Shown: positions 1 to 11,917 of the stretch, piece after piece
How the letters are laid out: the number at the start of each line of letters is the position of its first letter
How positions within the stretch are numbered: position 1 is the first letter of the stretch
DNA from: Guillardia theta CCMP2712
Taxonomy: Eukaryota; Protista; Cryptophyta
Reading direction: 5' to 3'
Length of the DNA stretch: 62,232 bases
Assembly: GCF_000315625.1 (NCBI RefSeq)
Contig: NW_005434501.1
Coordinates: forward strand, 1-62,232
Notes under the pieces: model-generated
Database searches by the model: none
Told to the model about the DNA's origin: nothing
The model's input: only the letters and a program-made list of their open reading frames with translations
Position numbers and translations under genes: made by a program

Positions 1-251
1 AACCCTAAATTTTAAACCCTAAACCCTAAACCCTAAACCCTAAACCCTAAACCCTAAACCCTAAACCCTAAACCCTAAACCCTAAACCCTAAACCCTAAA
101 CCCTAAACCCTAAACCCTAAACCCTAAACCCTTAACCCTAAACCCTAAACCCTAAACCCTAAACCCTAAACCCTAAACCCTAAACCCTAAACCCTAAACC
201 CTAAACCCTAAACCCTAAACCCTAAACCCTAAACCCTAAACCCTAAACCCT
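1..251. repeat. Terminal telomeric array (CCCTAAA)n = TTTAGGG on minus strand
   Basis: About 35 near-perfect 7-mers at the window start, C-rich strand 5', as expected for a left chromosome end. Confidence 0.98.
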
Positions 252-517
252 TGTCCGACTATTCGGATAACGCTTGGTGAAGCTCTTCACCTTCTCGACG
301 AGGTCGGCGGCCTCCTCGACGTGGCCTCCTGAGCGCTCAACCTGCGTGTATTGGCATGATCTCCGCCGATGATACAGCAGGTTGCGAACACTCTCATCAT
401 ACTGTAGTACCATACTTAGAAAGCTGTTTGAACTGCACAAACCTCTTGCTCGCAGCTTCCTCCGGTGCCCTTGCGCTCTCCCTACGCGCCACAGAGCAGC
501 ATGCCTCTGTCAACGGG
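252..517 (-). pseudogene. Possible gene fragment between telomeric arrays
   Basis: Non-repetitive 266 bp; minus strand has a GTATG..GCAG intron-like stretch and an open frame (VERSGGHVEEAADLVEKVKSFTKRYPNSRTR) running into TTTAGGG repeats. Confidence 0.35.
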
Positions 518-564
518 CCCCCTAAACGCTAAACCCTAAACCCCTAAACCCTAAACCCTAAACC
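518..564. repeat. Internal degenerate CCCTAAA array
   Basis: About 6 units including CGCTAAA and CCCCTAAA variants. Confidence 0.9.
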
Positions 565-690
565 CCGGCTGCTCTTACTAAGGGCCGGCTGCTCTTACTA
601 AGGGCCGGCTGCTCTTACTAAGGGCCGGCTGCTCTTACTAAGGGCCGGCTGCTCTTACTAATGGCCGGCTGCTCTTACTAAGGGCCGGCT
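565..690. repeat. Subtelomeric 20-bp tandem repeat CCGGCTGCTCTTACTAAGGG
   Basis: 6 full units plus a partial, one substitution, no spacers. Confidence 0.97.
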
Positions 691-925
691 CCTAAACCCT
701 AAACCCTAAACCCGAATTCCTAAACCCGAAACCCGAAACCCGAAACCCGAATTCCTAAACCCGAAACCCGAAACCCGAAACCCGAAACCCGAAACCCGAA
801 ACCCGAAACCCGAAACCCGAAACCCGAAACCCGAAACCCGAAACCCGAAACCCGAAACCCGAAACCCGAAACCCGAAACCCGAAACCCGAAATCCTAAAT
901 TTTATCCAGGGCCTAAACCCTAAGG
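691..925. repeat. Telomere-variant array (CCCGAAA)n with flanking CCCTAAA units
   Basis: More than 20 CCCGAAA units; CCCGAATTCCTAAA interruption occurs twice. Confidence 0.95.
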
Positions 926-1807
926 GCAAAGCTTGCCAGCTCCTCGCTGATCAGCCGCCTTAGTACTGAAGATGACCTCAAGTCCCCTGAACCTGGCGCG
1001 GAGCCATGGTGCCTGAAACCCTAAGGCCGGCCCGGTCCACCAGAGGGGTTGCAAGGAGCTTTTGTACCACATATAATCTCTTACGGCTCAGGCTCACGAC
1101 CGGGCCGCGGCCCGGCCGCCCGGCGCCGCCCGGGCTGTGTTACAAGTGAGTAAAAAAAGGAAACCTTGGGAGTGCATGTGCTCTCAGTTCCCAAGCAATG
1201 CGATTGTCTGCGATGCTGCGCCAGTGAGTTGTGAAGGCCGATATTTGATTCTTTTTCAGCCATCGGTTGACAATTGAATGCCATCTGTTCATGAAATCTG
1301 TAGTTGAAGTTCTTTGTACAGGATAGTTCGCTCCCTTTCTTTGTACAGGATAGGCTGTTTTCAGCTCTTGAAAGTAAGGCTCAGACATGAATGAAGAAAG
1401 GACAAATGATAAGTCATGCATCTCACTCTTGAAGTTGTTGCAGCAGAGACGGATAATTCTGGTTTGAATTTGAAAGTTTGCGCTTCATAGACGATAGGTA
1501 GCCAAGGGCAGTGAGGTATGAATATTGATCTGAACCCCTCTACAAGGAAGATAGAATTTATCGTAGAATTTAGAATACACAAACTACTTGATCAAGAATG
1601 TGTGTTGGATTGGAATGTTCACCCAGCATTTAACATCGGTTTGGAATTTCTGAGAATTAAAGAAAGATTCAGTGAATCGACCATATTGTGCATTGAAGAA
1701 GATACTGCTTGGCATGATACGGATTTTTCATTCTGAGATTAGTTGACAGGCTCATGAGTTGCCATTAAGCATCTCTTCAAGAGTGATCCGAAGTTCGTTT
1801 GGCTGAA

Positions 1808-3824
1808 ATGACGGAGGAGCATGCACAGTTCGATATTAATTTCGACGTACGTGACACGTGCTCCTGGATCAAAGAACACAAGATGAAGCGAATTGCTCTT
1901 CAGATTCCAGACGAATATTTGAAACATTCGCAAAAGCTTGTCAGCAGCTTGAGATCCACTGCTCAAGAGAAGGACATCGAATTCTACATCCTTGCAGACA
2001 GCTCCGTTAGCTCTTGGGATCCTGATGTCGTTGCTGCTCAGCATGTGCGGGCCGATTGTATCGTCATGTATGGAAGGGCCTCTGTGACCCGCTCAGATGT
2101 GATGCCCATCCGCAATGTTTTTGGATTCGTGCAGGTCGATCCAAACAGAATTTTTGACGTGCTGAAAACAAGGATTGAACCCTGCGCGTCAACAATTGTT
2201 CTGTTGTCTGCTCAATTTAAATCATGTGAGAATGTACTGCGTCAAAAATTGAAAAATTCGTCTGACAAGTGTTATGTCGGAACGTTGCACTCAGAGAATA
2301 GCAACTCATCTCAACGAACTCCTCCCTCGTTGTGTTCTACCGATTGTTCACATTCAGGTTTGTCGGTGACTTGTTGCCAGCAAACCGGGACTTCTCAGTC
2401 ACCTGGACAATCTATTGATCAAAATGACAATGGAATGAAGTTCATTTCAATGTGCAATTTTTCTATTTGTGTTCCCTGTGACTTCAAAGATTTTGCTTCT
2501 GACAAATCGAGAGCCCAAAATTCTGAAAACACAGAAGCAGAAAAGTTCACCATTATCTACGTGGGAAAAGAAGGGCCAGAGCTTACTCGGTTGATCCTTG
2601 AATATAATCAGTATTGCTTCATGCTCTTGCAACACAATGATGATTTTGATCAATTCAGCTTCAAAACGGAACTTGGGGATAGCTCGCGACTGATCAAACG
2701 GAGATATTTCTTGATGATGAAGACCAAGGACTCAGAACGAATTGGAATTGTCGTCGCAACTACAGCAATGGAGGGATATAGGGACATTGTTGAAAGAATG
2801 AAAAAGATCATCACTATGTCAGGAAAAATTGTTCATACTCTTTACGTGGGCAAAATCAATCCAGCAAAGCTTGCAAATTTTGCTGAAATCGATTCTTTCG
2901 TGCTGGTCGCAAGCCCAGAAAACACGGTTTCGATTGATGCAGGTCATTGCCTTGATGAATGTGAACGCATTGACAGCATCCGAGCAGCGGATTATCTCAA
3001 ACCGCTCATAACGCCAATGGAGCTTGAAATCGCCCTGGTGCGAGGAAGAGAATGGACGGGCGACTACAACCTTGACTTCCGCCCGTTGCTGTATGTGTTG
3101 TGCCCTTTTACATCTGCCGATCTGACGACCATGCAAGGAAAACCCCTCTCCCTGAGGTGAGCAGCGATAACTCAGACGACGAAGACAATATCTGCCATTC
3201 CCTCACCAGTGGCGCCATCATTCGAAGACCCAACGTGGGTGACGGTACGCTCACAGTTACCAACAGCAAAGTGACAGCAAGGTGAGACCTGCACGGGCTG
3301 ACGACTGCCGCAGGCATATGAGCATCGAACTTTCCGAGGTCTTGATCTCAAGGAGGGGCTCGATCGCCCGCTCGATGTTGTCAAGGTGTGTTGGTGTTCC
3401 GCATGCTGCTCCACGTCATGCTCAAATCAGGGCCGAGTCGGGATAGCAAGCGGATATGCTCATGAGCCAGCAGCAGTTGAGCGCTTGAGCCAAGTGAGTG
3501 CAACCTAGGCTTGTGCTTCCAGACTCATGCTGCAAGGCTACGCAGGCTGAAGTGATTACTGGAAGCCTTCCTGCACACGTCCAGAAATCAGCAGGAGATT
3601 CCAACTATGGCATCTCGAAGGAGAGCTGCAAAATAGAGAGCGGAGGAAACTCCAAGATTGAGTCGACAACCCCAAAGGCAGAAGCAGCTTCTGTCAGTAG
3701 CGCGGGAAAGGGCCAGGGCCAGGGCCAGGGTGAAGGTGAGGATGAGGATGAGGCCCATGATTCGGAGGGCGACTTACAACATGTCTCTGATGAAGTAGAT
3801 TCTTTCTTTGACGCCTTTGTGTAA
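1808..3824 (+). CDS. DPH2: Diphthamide biosynthesis protein 2 (spliced)
   Basis: IALQIPDEYL, DVVAAQHVRADCIVMYG, LYVGKINPAKLANFAEIDSFVLVASPE, KPLITPMELEIAL and C-terminal GRVGIASGY motif; short GT-AG introns at the 3' end. Confidence 0.92.
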
Positions 3825-4065
3825 AAATGCTTTGAAACTTACTGGTGCGCTGGCGGCCTGCCATCAGTCACTTGGAAGCCTGGCGGCAGGTCATCGTCAC
3901 AGACGGTGGCACTGCAGGGGCGCCCGGTCCCGAGTCCCGGGCCCGGCCGCGGCGGCCGGGAGTCTCAGGCCCTGAGGCCAGCGCAAGCTAACCGTTACTA
4001 TGTAACCGCTTATGCTTTGAAATGGCGTGCATTGTTTTTATACCAGGGCAGAGAGGTTTCAGGGA

Positions 4066-6828
4066 TGCCAAGCAGGATGAGCAGAGATAGATAGGAGCAA
4101 GAGAGTAGGAGACAAGAGACGGGGGACTGTACCTGTATCAATTAGAAACGCAGTAGTTTGTGAGTAATGATTCGTAATCGTGAAAGTATGCAGCATACCA
4201 TTCCAAGCTCAAGCCCCTGGAAGAAGGGGCAGTGTATTCAAGCAATCTTGTAGATTCAGACTTACTAGAATACTAGAATACTGCTTTTCTTCCAAAAAGG
4301 AAGCAAATTTGAGCATTCTAATATTTGGCTTGCCTAACGCCTTTGTCAAAGGAACTGGCTGGGTGTTGGGCGACAAAATCAATGTATTCGGAACAACCTT
4401 GTGAAACCCTTGAATATCTTTCTGATGTTCGTTGTGAACTGTTTGCTGATCCAAAGACCTTTTACAACGAGGCGATAGGAGAAGCAGAGGCTGTGCTAAA
4501 TGATGAGCATGCGATCGCTCTAGTTGACATGCCAAGCTCTTCTCGGCATGTTCTTTGCAAGTCTGAAACAGAACCTAATGTTAGGCATGGCCATCAATGC
4601 CTAGGGACAGCAGACAACGCACAAAGCATGATGTCACTCTTCCTTACGAAGGCCCGTATACTCCATAGGCATTCAAAGAATCTGCCAATAAGTGTAAACT
4701 CAATCCCAATCTACAAAACGAATCTTTTGACCTCTTCAGCGTGGCAAAGAATGGTCAAGAAACAACTTGAAAAAGTTGCAAATCTTCCCTTCGTACATTT
4801 TCTGATGATTTTGAAACAATGTTTTTGGCTCTCATCACAAGAACGACTGCTAGCCATATGTTTTGAAAGTTTTGTACAAGAGGTGATTTATGGTATATGC
4901 TTTTTTGTGTTTCTGAATTATATTTCCCATCAGAAACTCCATTCTTTCAACTTGGAGGAGAAATGCAAAGCTTTTGAAGACATATCGCGAGAGAGAATGA
5001 TGAAGCGAGTGGTAATTGCTACTGGCTAAATATTGTAAATCTCAACAATTTTGGTCCAAGGTCGCAACATTTCACCGATTCTGCAAAAAATTACGATGCC
5101 AGCGCTTAGACAATGAGGTAATAAGCATCAAATCAATCCAACTTGAAAACGCGTCGCCTTATTTTGAAATCTCGTGCTCACCTGCCATTCTTTCCATGCA
5201 GAAAATGACTCGCCTGATGTTCGGGATCCCAGTAAAAGCGAGCAGCGTCATGCGTGAACAAGCCTCTAAGCAAGTCTCTCATGCTCGAGCTGTCTTCTCA
5301 CATCGTCGCCCGCCATCACATAAACAAGCACCAAGAGAGAAGAAGCAGTTTCATCCAATGCCAACTCAGACAACAGCAGAAGATATTGGATTCAATAACG
5401 TTTCGTCAAGGTCAAGTTCCTCCAAGAAAGAGATTGTCAGCAAGTCAGTCCTATTTTTGAAAATGATGGATGAGCGCAATCTCATGAGAAGGTTGATTGC
5501 GAGCAATACGACTTGTGATGACTTCAAATGCAGGCAAAGAAGAGAAGAGCTGAAGATCAAACATGAACAATCCCGGAAAGCTCGCATTGAGATGGAGCAA
5601 GAGAAGTATTTGAGAAATACAACTTTGATCGCCAAGTTGACCCATCACAGAGAACGGATGGACATGCTTCAGCAGCAAGAGCAAAAGAGGTTGGATATTG
5701 AAAAGGATAGGTCGTTTTACAGGCTCTAGAGATTCCCTTGACAATTTTGCAGAGAGAAACAGCTGCTCAAGATACAAAAAGACTTACAAGTTGAAAGTGA
5801 GACAAAATATTTGCGGCCAAAATTTATCGTGCTGATATTTGTCCGCGAACAGTTTTGAAGGAGCAGCAACGACAAAGATTGCATCTTGCGAGACTCCATC
5901 ACAACCGCTCATGGTAGCAGCGCTATGAATGTCTTTCATCTGAACCATGCATAGTCTGATCTTCTCCGGCATCCGCCCATGGTTCCAGTACGTCAGTCTC
6001 CAAGTAATTCACCAATGTCTTCGTCGACGTTTTGGTGAAAAGTAACAACAATGCGTTAGAGAAAGTTGCGTGACCAGTGGTGCTATCAAAGAATGTGCTC
6101 ACGATACTTCAAGGTGATCTGATCTGAAGCTTTCCAAACCTTTTATGAATGTTTCACCAATAGAAGTTCGTGAGGGCGATTTCTGACCATCGTACAAATG
6201 TGCTTCTGCACAACTTTGTTTGTGACCACTTATTGAATATCCCTGTTAGAGCGTTTCAGGTGATTGACGATGTGTTCTTACTTGTGTCCTAACAGCTTTG
6301 CGTTTTTGCATTTTCTGAGCAGAAACGACGAATGTTCAACCGTTTGAAATCAAGATGTACTGCATTGGATCCGATCTTTGATGAGCTGCTCCGAACGAAG
6401 ATTCAAACCCTTCTTCAAACCTTTGTGGCTCGCTGGAGCTCTGTTGCAAAGGCTCAGCTGCACGATCATAATATCAAGTAGATATTGTTGCCATTCAGAT
6501 TGATCTCTCTCACAACGGCATGCAGGTCGTTGAGCTTCAAGATTGCTTGGGTAGAAAAGGAGAAGACAAGATTGTTAGTAGATTCGTTTCAGGTGACATT
6601 TGTCATTGTGTTTGTAAACACGTGACATTGCTCGTGTCAGCTCTGGCTGATGTTGCTCGAAGAGTCTAAAGTCATCAAGGAACGACAAATTCTAAGGTTC
6701 TGTCACAAAACAAAACATGTGTGCAATGATTCTACCATTTCAGAGACGAATTGAGATGTACTGCAAGATCATACCTTTCAAGCCTCAGAAACGGGCGTAA
6801 GGAATTCAAAGCAAAAACGAACAGCTTG
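4066..6828 (+). CDS. Hypothetical multi-exon coiled-coil protein; start uncertain
   Basis: Long ORFs 4325-5029 and 5016-5729 plus later short exons bounded by GT..AG; E/K/R/Q-rich heptads. Confidence 0.55.
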
Positions 6829-6938
6829 ACATACTTCAGAAAGTAGCTCTGTGCATGTATGTAAATGTTTTTACTAGATAAGTTGTTTCATGGAAATGCT
6901 ACGATTTAGATGGGAAAATACTGCTTTCGCTTCTTCCA

Positions 6939-7917
6939 CTAAGCTGCATGAAAAATGAATGGAATTTTTCCCGCAAAAGCCTCGTCCCAATGACCTGCAA
7001 TCAATGGAATAAATTTCATTTGTCTCAATGTATTCTGACTTTGTCTTTTCAGAGCTTGAGATGATGTTTCTCCTTTGTTACTCAGCAACGATTCTCGAGC
7101 AAATTTGAAAAATTCAGCAGCTCTCGTGCTGATCACCAAATATCCTGTCCATCCAAAATACGAATCCTTTTGATTGTATGCACAAGTACTACCCGTGAGA
7201 TTGTATTTCCTAAACGGCAAAGGACTGATGAATCCGCGAACAGCTGAGATTTGTAGAAACATAAGGAAACTTTGCTTCTGACTTCTTGATTTACTCTTGA
7301 TACATTCGCCCAGCTGCAGCAAAAATTCTCTGCTGCACTCGCCGATTTCAAGATTATCCCAGAGTGCTCTGAATTGTTGCAACTTCTGAACCCAAGCCAT
7401 TTGCCTAGAACAAGATCTTGGTTGAATATTAGCTGTGGGTTCTGTTTCTGTGAAAAATATCATCACGAACCGGATGAGCTCTACAAAGTCACAAAGATCT
7501 CACTCATACAATGCTTCCCATCGTCGGGAGATGATACTTCAGAATCTGACGATTCCTGTGTCATTCGAGGACTCTAAATCGCATTTCAAAACATATATGA
7601 GAGATTGTCAACAGTACCACAAGAACGCTATCTGGTATGAATTCAACTTTGAGATTTGGACCAGGCGATTTGTTCTGCACTTGTTGATCCCAACACAGGG
7701 ACTCATCCAATCCTTCGGGATTAAAATACTCCAGGATGCCTGCATTTTCCCTTGGTTCCAATGACTCAATCGGCATTGAGTGGAAATCGAAGCTGGAAAG
7801 GATGTCCTCGTTAAATTCATCTTTGGCGGAGAGTTCTGAAATGTCCATAATCGACCAATCCAGGCCTTCCAACAGGATTCCGTCATCGTATCCAAAAGAA
7901 GACACAACAGATGCCAT
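6939..7917 (-). CDS. Hypothetical protein, acidic N-terminus and basic C-terminal domain (FGWTGY motif)
   Basis: ORFs 7561-7917 and 6939-7466 on the same strand, joinable by short introns. Confidence 0.6.
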
Positions 7918-8244
7918 ATTCGGTTAGAAGATCCCTGTGCGAAGACTCAGTCAGTAAATAAAAGAAGCAGAAGAGAGATTGTAAACTTTGCATATGAAAA
8001 AAAAGCGCGATGAGATGTGTTGTGGAAACGAAAAGGACAGCAGCACAGCAGCGGAGCGGAATGAGACATCCAGAGCTATACAGGACAGAGCTATGCAGGA
8101 CACAACAAAAAGTTTGTGGCTTAAGAAGGCGGGAAGCTGCAGGGATTGAGGGGGGATGCGGGGGTTGCATACAAAAGAATTCCACACCGGTCTAATCTTA
8201 TTCATAAATTGGGGTAGTGGTGATCGGCTGACAGGTTAAAAGAA

Positions 8245-9619
8245 ATGGCGGCCATGAAAGCGGCAATGGTCGTCATTATGGCGACACAGGTGAGAAGGAC
8301 AAGCACAATCCAATCTTGTTGAAAGCAAGCCATGTATTTATCAGTGTCCCTTTGTAGAATTCGAGGATGCAAAACTCTAGATTAATGCTTCAAAGCAATG
8401 CGTAGAGATTCGTTTTCACCACGCAATTTTTCATGTCACTGACAAGTTGAATGCGCAGGCTCACGCATTTTTTCAAGCTCCCTCGCTGCCCTTGCGTAGA
8501 GCCAGTAGTGTGCTCGCACCACGTGCTAGACCATTCAGAATGGCAGTTGTTGATGACAAGAAGGAAGTGAAAGAGTACTTCAACAATGAAGGATTTAATC
8601 GCTGGAGCAAGATTTACAGTGAAAGTGACGATGTCAATGCGGTTCAGAAGTTTATTCGTTCTGGACATCAGCAGACTATCGACAAGGAATGCTGTGTCCT
8701 GCAGGTTTGAAGCGTTGACATTCCTGGCAGGTTTTGGCCTGGATTCAGGAAGATGGAAGCGCTGCAAATGGACAGACTTTCTGCGATGCCGGATGCGGAG
8801 TTGGTTCGTTGGCTATTCCACTCGCTCAGATGGGAGCAAAGGTTATGCTTCCAAGTTTCGATTCTCGTCTTCCCTCGATCTTACTGATTTCGCAGGTTCG
8901 AGCCAGTGACATCAGTGAAGCCATGGCAAACGAGGGTGCCGCACGCGCCGCCAACATGTCTGAAGCAAACAAAAAGATGTTTTCTGTGTCCTGACTCTTT
9001 GGTCAGGGATCTTAAAGGATCTGTGACTTTTGAAACTGCAGATTTGGAGAGTTTAAATGGTTTTTTATGTATACTTTTACCTGAAACAACTGACTATCAT
9101 TGATAGGTTCTTATGACACTGTGACCTGCATTGATGTAAGAGCATCAAAAAATCATAACAGTTCATTCTCAGAGTTGATGACATGATCCAGGTCCTGATT
9201 CATTATCCCACTGAGAAGATGGACTCGATGGTTGGACACCTTTGTGACATTGCATGTGAGGAAATTCATGTCCAAATGTGCAATGCTGAGTGAATTAACA
9301 GCAAAGAGATTCATCATCTCCTTTGCTCCATTTACTCCATTCTATGCTGCTTTGAAATTCGTTGGCTCTTTAGCCCCAGGCCCATCCAAGGTTTGTCAAA
9401 GTCGCAAAGGCTGTCAACATCTTGAGTGACTTGCAGGCAACACGTGCCTACCTGCATGTCGAAAGTGACGTGGTGGCTGCTTTGGAGAAGAGAGGCAATT
9501 GACTAAGCTAAGATAAATCTGTGCAGTAATGGTCTTTGGCAGGATTCAAGGTGAAGCGATCGGAGATGACTGCTACCAATTTCTATTTCTCAAGACTTTT
9601 GGAAGCTGTCAAGGAGTAG
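8245..9619 (+). CDS. chlM: Mg-protoporphyrin IX O-methyltransferase, plastid-targeted (spliced)
   Basis: DDKKEVKEYFNNEGFNRWSKIY, CDAGCGVGSLAIPLA (SAM motif), DVLIHYP, ATRAYLH, FYFSRLLEA; leader MAAMKAAMVVIMATQAHA-FF. Confidence 0.97.
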
Positions 9620-9862
9620 AAAGGAATATCAAAGCAGAAAGATTGCTGGCGCTGTTGCTTTTTTTCAATTGCCTAATTTGTTATTGAATTTACTTGATCT
9701 ATCTGCATTGTCAGGTGGTGTGATAATCTGCATTGTAATGACAACCCGACCAGCAATATCCTTGTCGAATGATCTGAGAGTCGTCACCCGAATTCAATTA
9801 CTTTGCGAAAATAGATTTCTCACGCTTTACCACTGAAGGACAGCCTGAACTTTCACATGACA

Positions 9863-11105
9863 TTAACTTGATTTGAATCTCTTTTCTCGTGCAGCAAGCT
9901 TTAGAAAAAAATCTTAGGAGGCTGGATATTGCGCAATTTCACAAAGTTCACCTTATCGGCCTCAGGTCCAGTGGCCACCACAGTGTGGCCAAACCTCTCA
10001 GCCCTTTTCAGACGTTTTGCTTCCTCCTCTGCAGAATTCTTGAAACACTCTCATGAATTTTCCATCAATGGATCAATCAGCAAACCTTAGACGATGAAGG
10101 AGAAGATTTGTTTGCCTGCAAGTTGATAAAATGTCACATAGTTCACAACAAGTATAAATTCCGCTACGTCTTGGAAACGCTCCATTCTAGCTTTAATTTT
10201 GTCTTCCTGGATCTTGAAAAGCGACGTGGTCATTTGCTATGCCGAATCATATCAAAGAATTTACCGATGCCAACGGCAAACCGAACTTGGCTGCGCGAGC
10301 TTTCAACTTGTCGTTGTTCAACTCTTCACTTGGCAATCCAAACTTGGCTGCGCGAGCTTTTCGGCGTTCATTCTCGTCCAAATCCAATGAGACGGGCTGT
10401 GGTTAATGGTAAGGTGAAAGAAGCATAAGAAGACGAATACAGGAAAGCAAGCAACAATCTACCAACTGACCTTACTAGTTCCATGAGCATTCGCTTCCGG
10501 AGCAGTAGGAGTAGTAGCCGCGGCAGCTGGAGCAGTTGCTGCAGCCTTACTTTCTGAATCTTCTGTTTTTGTGCTCGGCTCAGCTACTTTTTCTTTAGCA
10601 ACACCAGATTCAGCTGCAGTGGATTTCGCAGGAGCGGCAGATGGTTCTGAATTCTTATTCGCTTCATCGTTGGCAGGATTCTTCTCAGATGCCTCTACAA
10701 GTCTCTGTAAAAACAAATAGAGATTGATTCAGATATTGTGCCATAAATCTGGGTTGACTAACAACTACACTCATCGTACGCATTCAACATGCATGTCTGA
10801 AGCGACAAAAAATTAGATCTCAATCATTTAGGAATTCAACACTTTTTGCATTCGAATGAATCATCCAGCACTTCTGAAATGAACTCTGTTTCACTCTCCC
10901 ACAGCAACCCCTGCAAATCCCAGAGGAAGTGGGGAGGCATGGTAGAAACACCACACAAAAAGACGGCGATCATGAGAATGAGAGCAAATGACAGAATCAG
11001 CACCTGTACAAGCTCAGCCTTGGTACCAGAGGATGGGAGGCCTCGTTCCTTAAGCAGCTTCTGCAGCTCCGCTACCTTGAGCTTTCCTGCCTCAGACGCT
11101 TTCAT
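9863..11105 (-). CDS. SAP-domain ribonucleoprotein (Tho1/SARNP/MOS11-like)
   Basis: N-terminal SAP domain KLKVAELQKLLKERGLPSSGTKAELVQRL; repeated C-terminal KARAAKFG / KRAERFG motifs. Confidence 0.85.
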
Positions 11106-11917
11106 TGCCGCCACACTACCAATACTACCTACCCCACCAATTCCACCCAGTGAATCCACCACCCTCTTTACTCGTCATCCACCCCCTGGACATCTACTCT
11201 CATGGGGTCCATTTCCTCTTCAAACCGTGGTGGATCAACCTTGAACTGACCCACCCCCTCTGTATCTGGCGCCACATGTACCCTACTCCATCAGCATTTG
11301 TTGATCCCACCCACCCCCTGCATTCCTTTCCGCGAGAGGTTCTCAGAATATTTTCAGTCAACTATGAGTGGCAGGATCAGTGACGCTCACTCCTATCACT
11401 TTTTCAGTCAATAATCAGAGATACTTTGAGTAAAGATAGCTCGGACTGAGGTTCCCGGCTGTGTAGCGGCCGGTCACCGGAAGTTGATAGCCATGGCCCG
11501 GATTATTAGTATAGCCAGTTGGTGGGTTTCAAGTTTGGTTCTCGCCGCCCGGCTGTCTTTCAGGCCGGCGAGTGCCTACGGCACTGTCCGATCTCATATG
11601 ATATCGTTGCCGCGCAGAGAGTAACTTCAATGTGATAGTGGTGTCGGCGGTAGCCTGTGACTCTGATTTGCAGCTCCGACATAGGTCACCGTCCGTCAGG
11701 GGCCGGGCCGCAGTGGGTGACATCCTGGGCAGCGAGATCATGACGGTAGCATCTGCCGCAGCATTGCCGCGTGCCATGCACTGACTCTCAAGAACTTGAG
11801 GAGGAGAAGTCGGAAGAAGGAGGAGAAGTGAACGGCGGTCCGACGGCGGACATGCCAGGCTCAGGGGCCACGCTAAGACACATGTTGTAGACTGAGAGCG
11901 ATTACGATGTGCCTTGA

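Noticed and set aside
565-690. CRISPR array
   Set aside because: Units are head-to-tail with no spacers, the context is eukaryotic and no cas genes are present
720-929. ORF of FRVSGFG repeats
   Set aside because: Translation of the TTTCGGG array
1140-1740. Minus-strand gene between the subtelomere and DPH2
   Set aside because: Two short overlapping ORFs without recognisable homology; possible but unsupported
9243-9301. Second apparent non-canonical intron in chlM (GT-GA or TG-AG)
   Set aside because: A canonical 46-nt GT-AG intron at 9256-9301 gives HLCDIASKRFIISFAP, which fits ChlM
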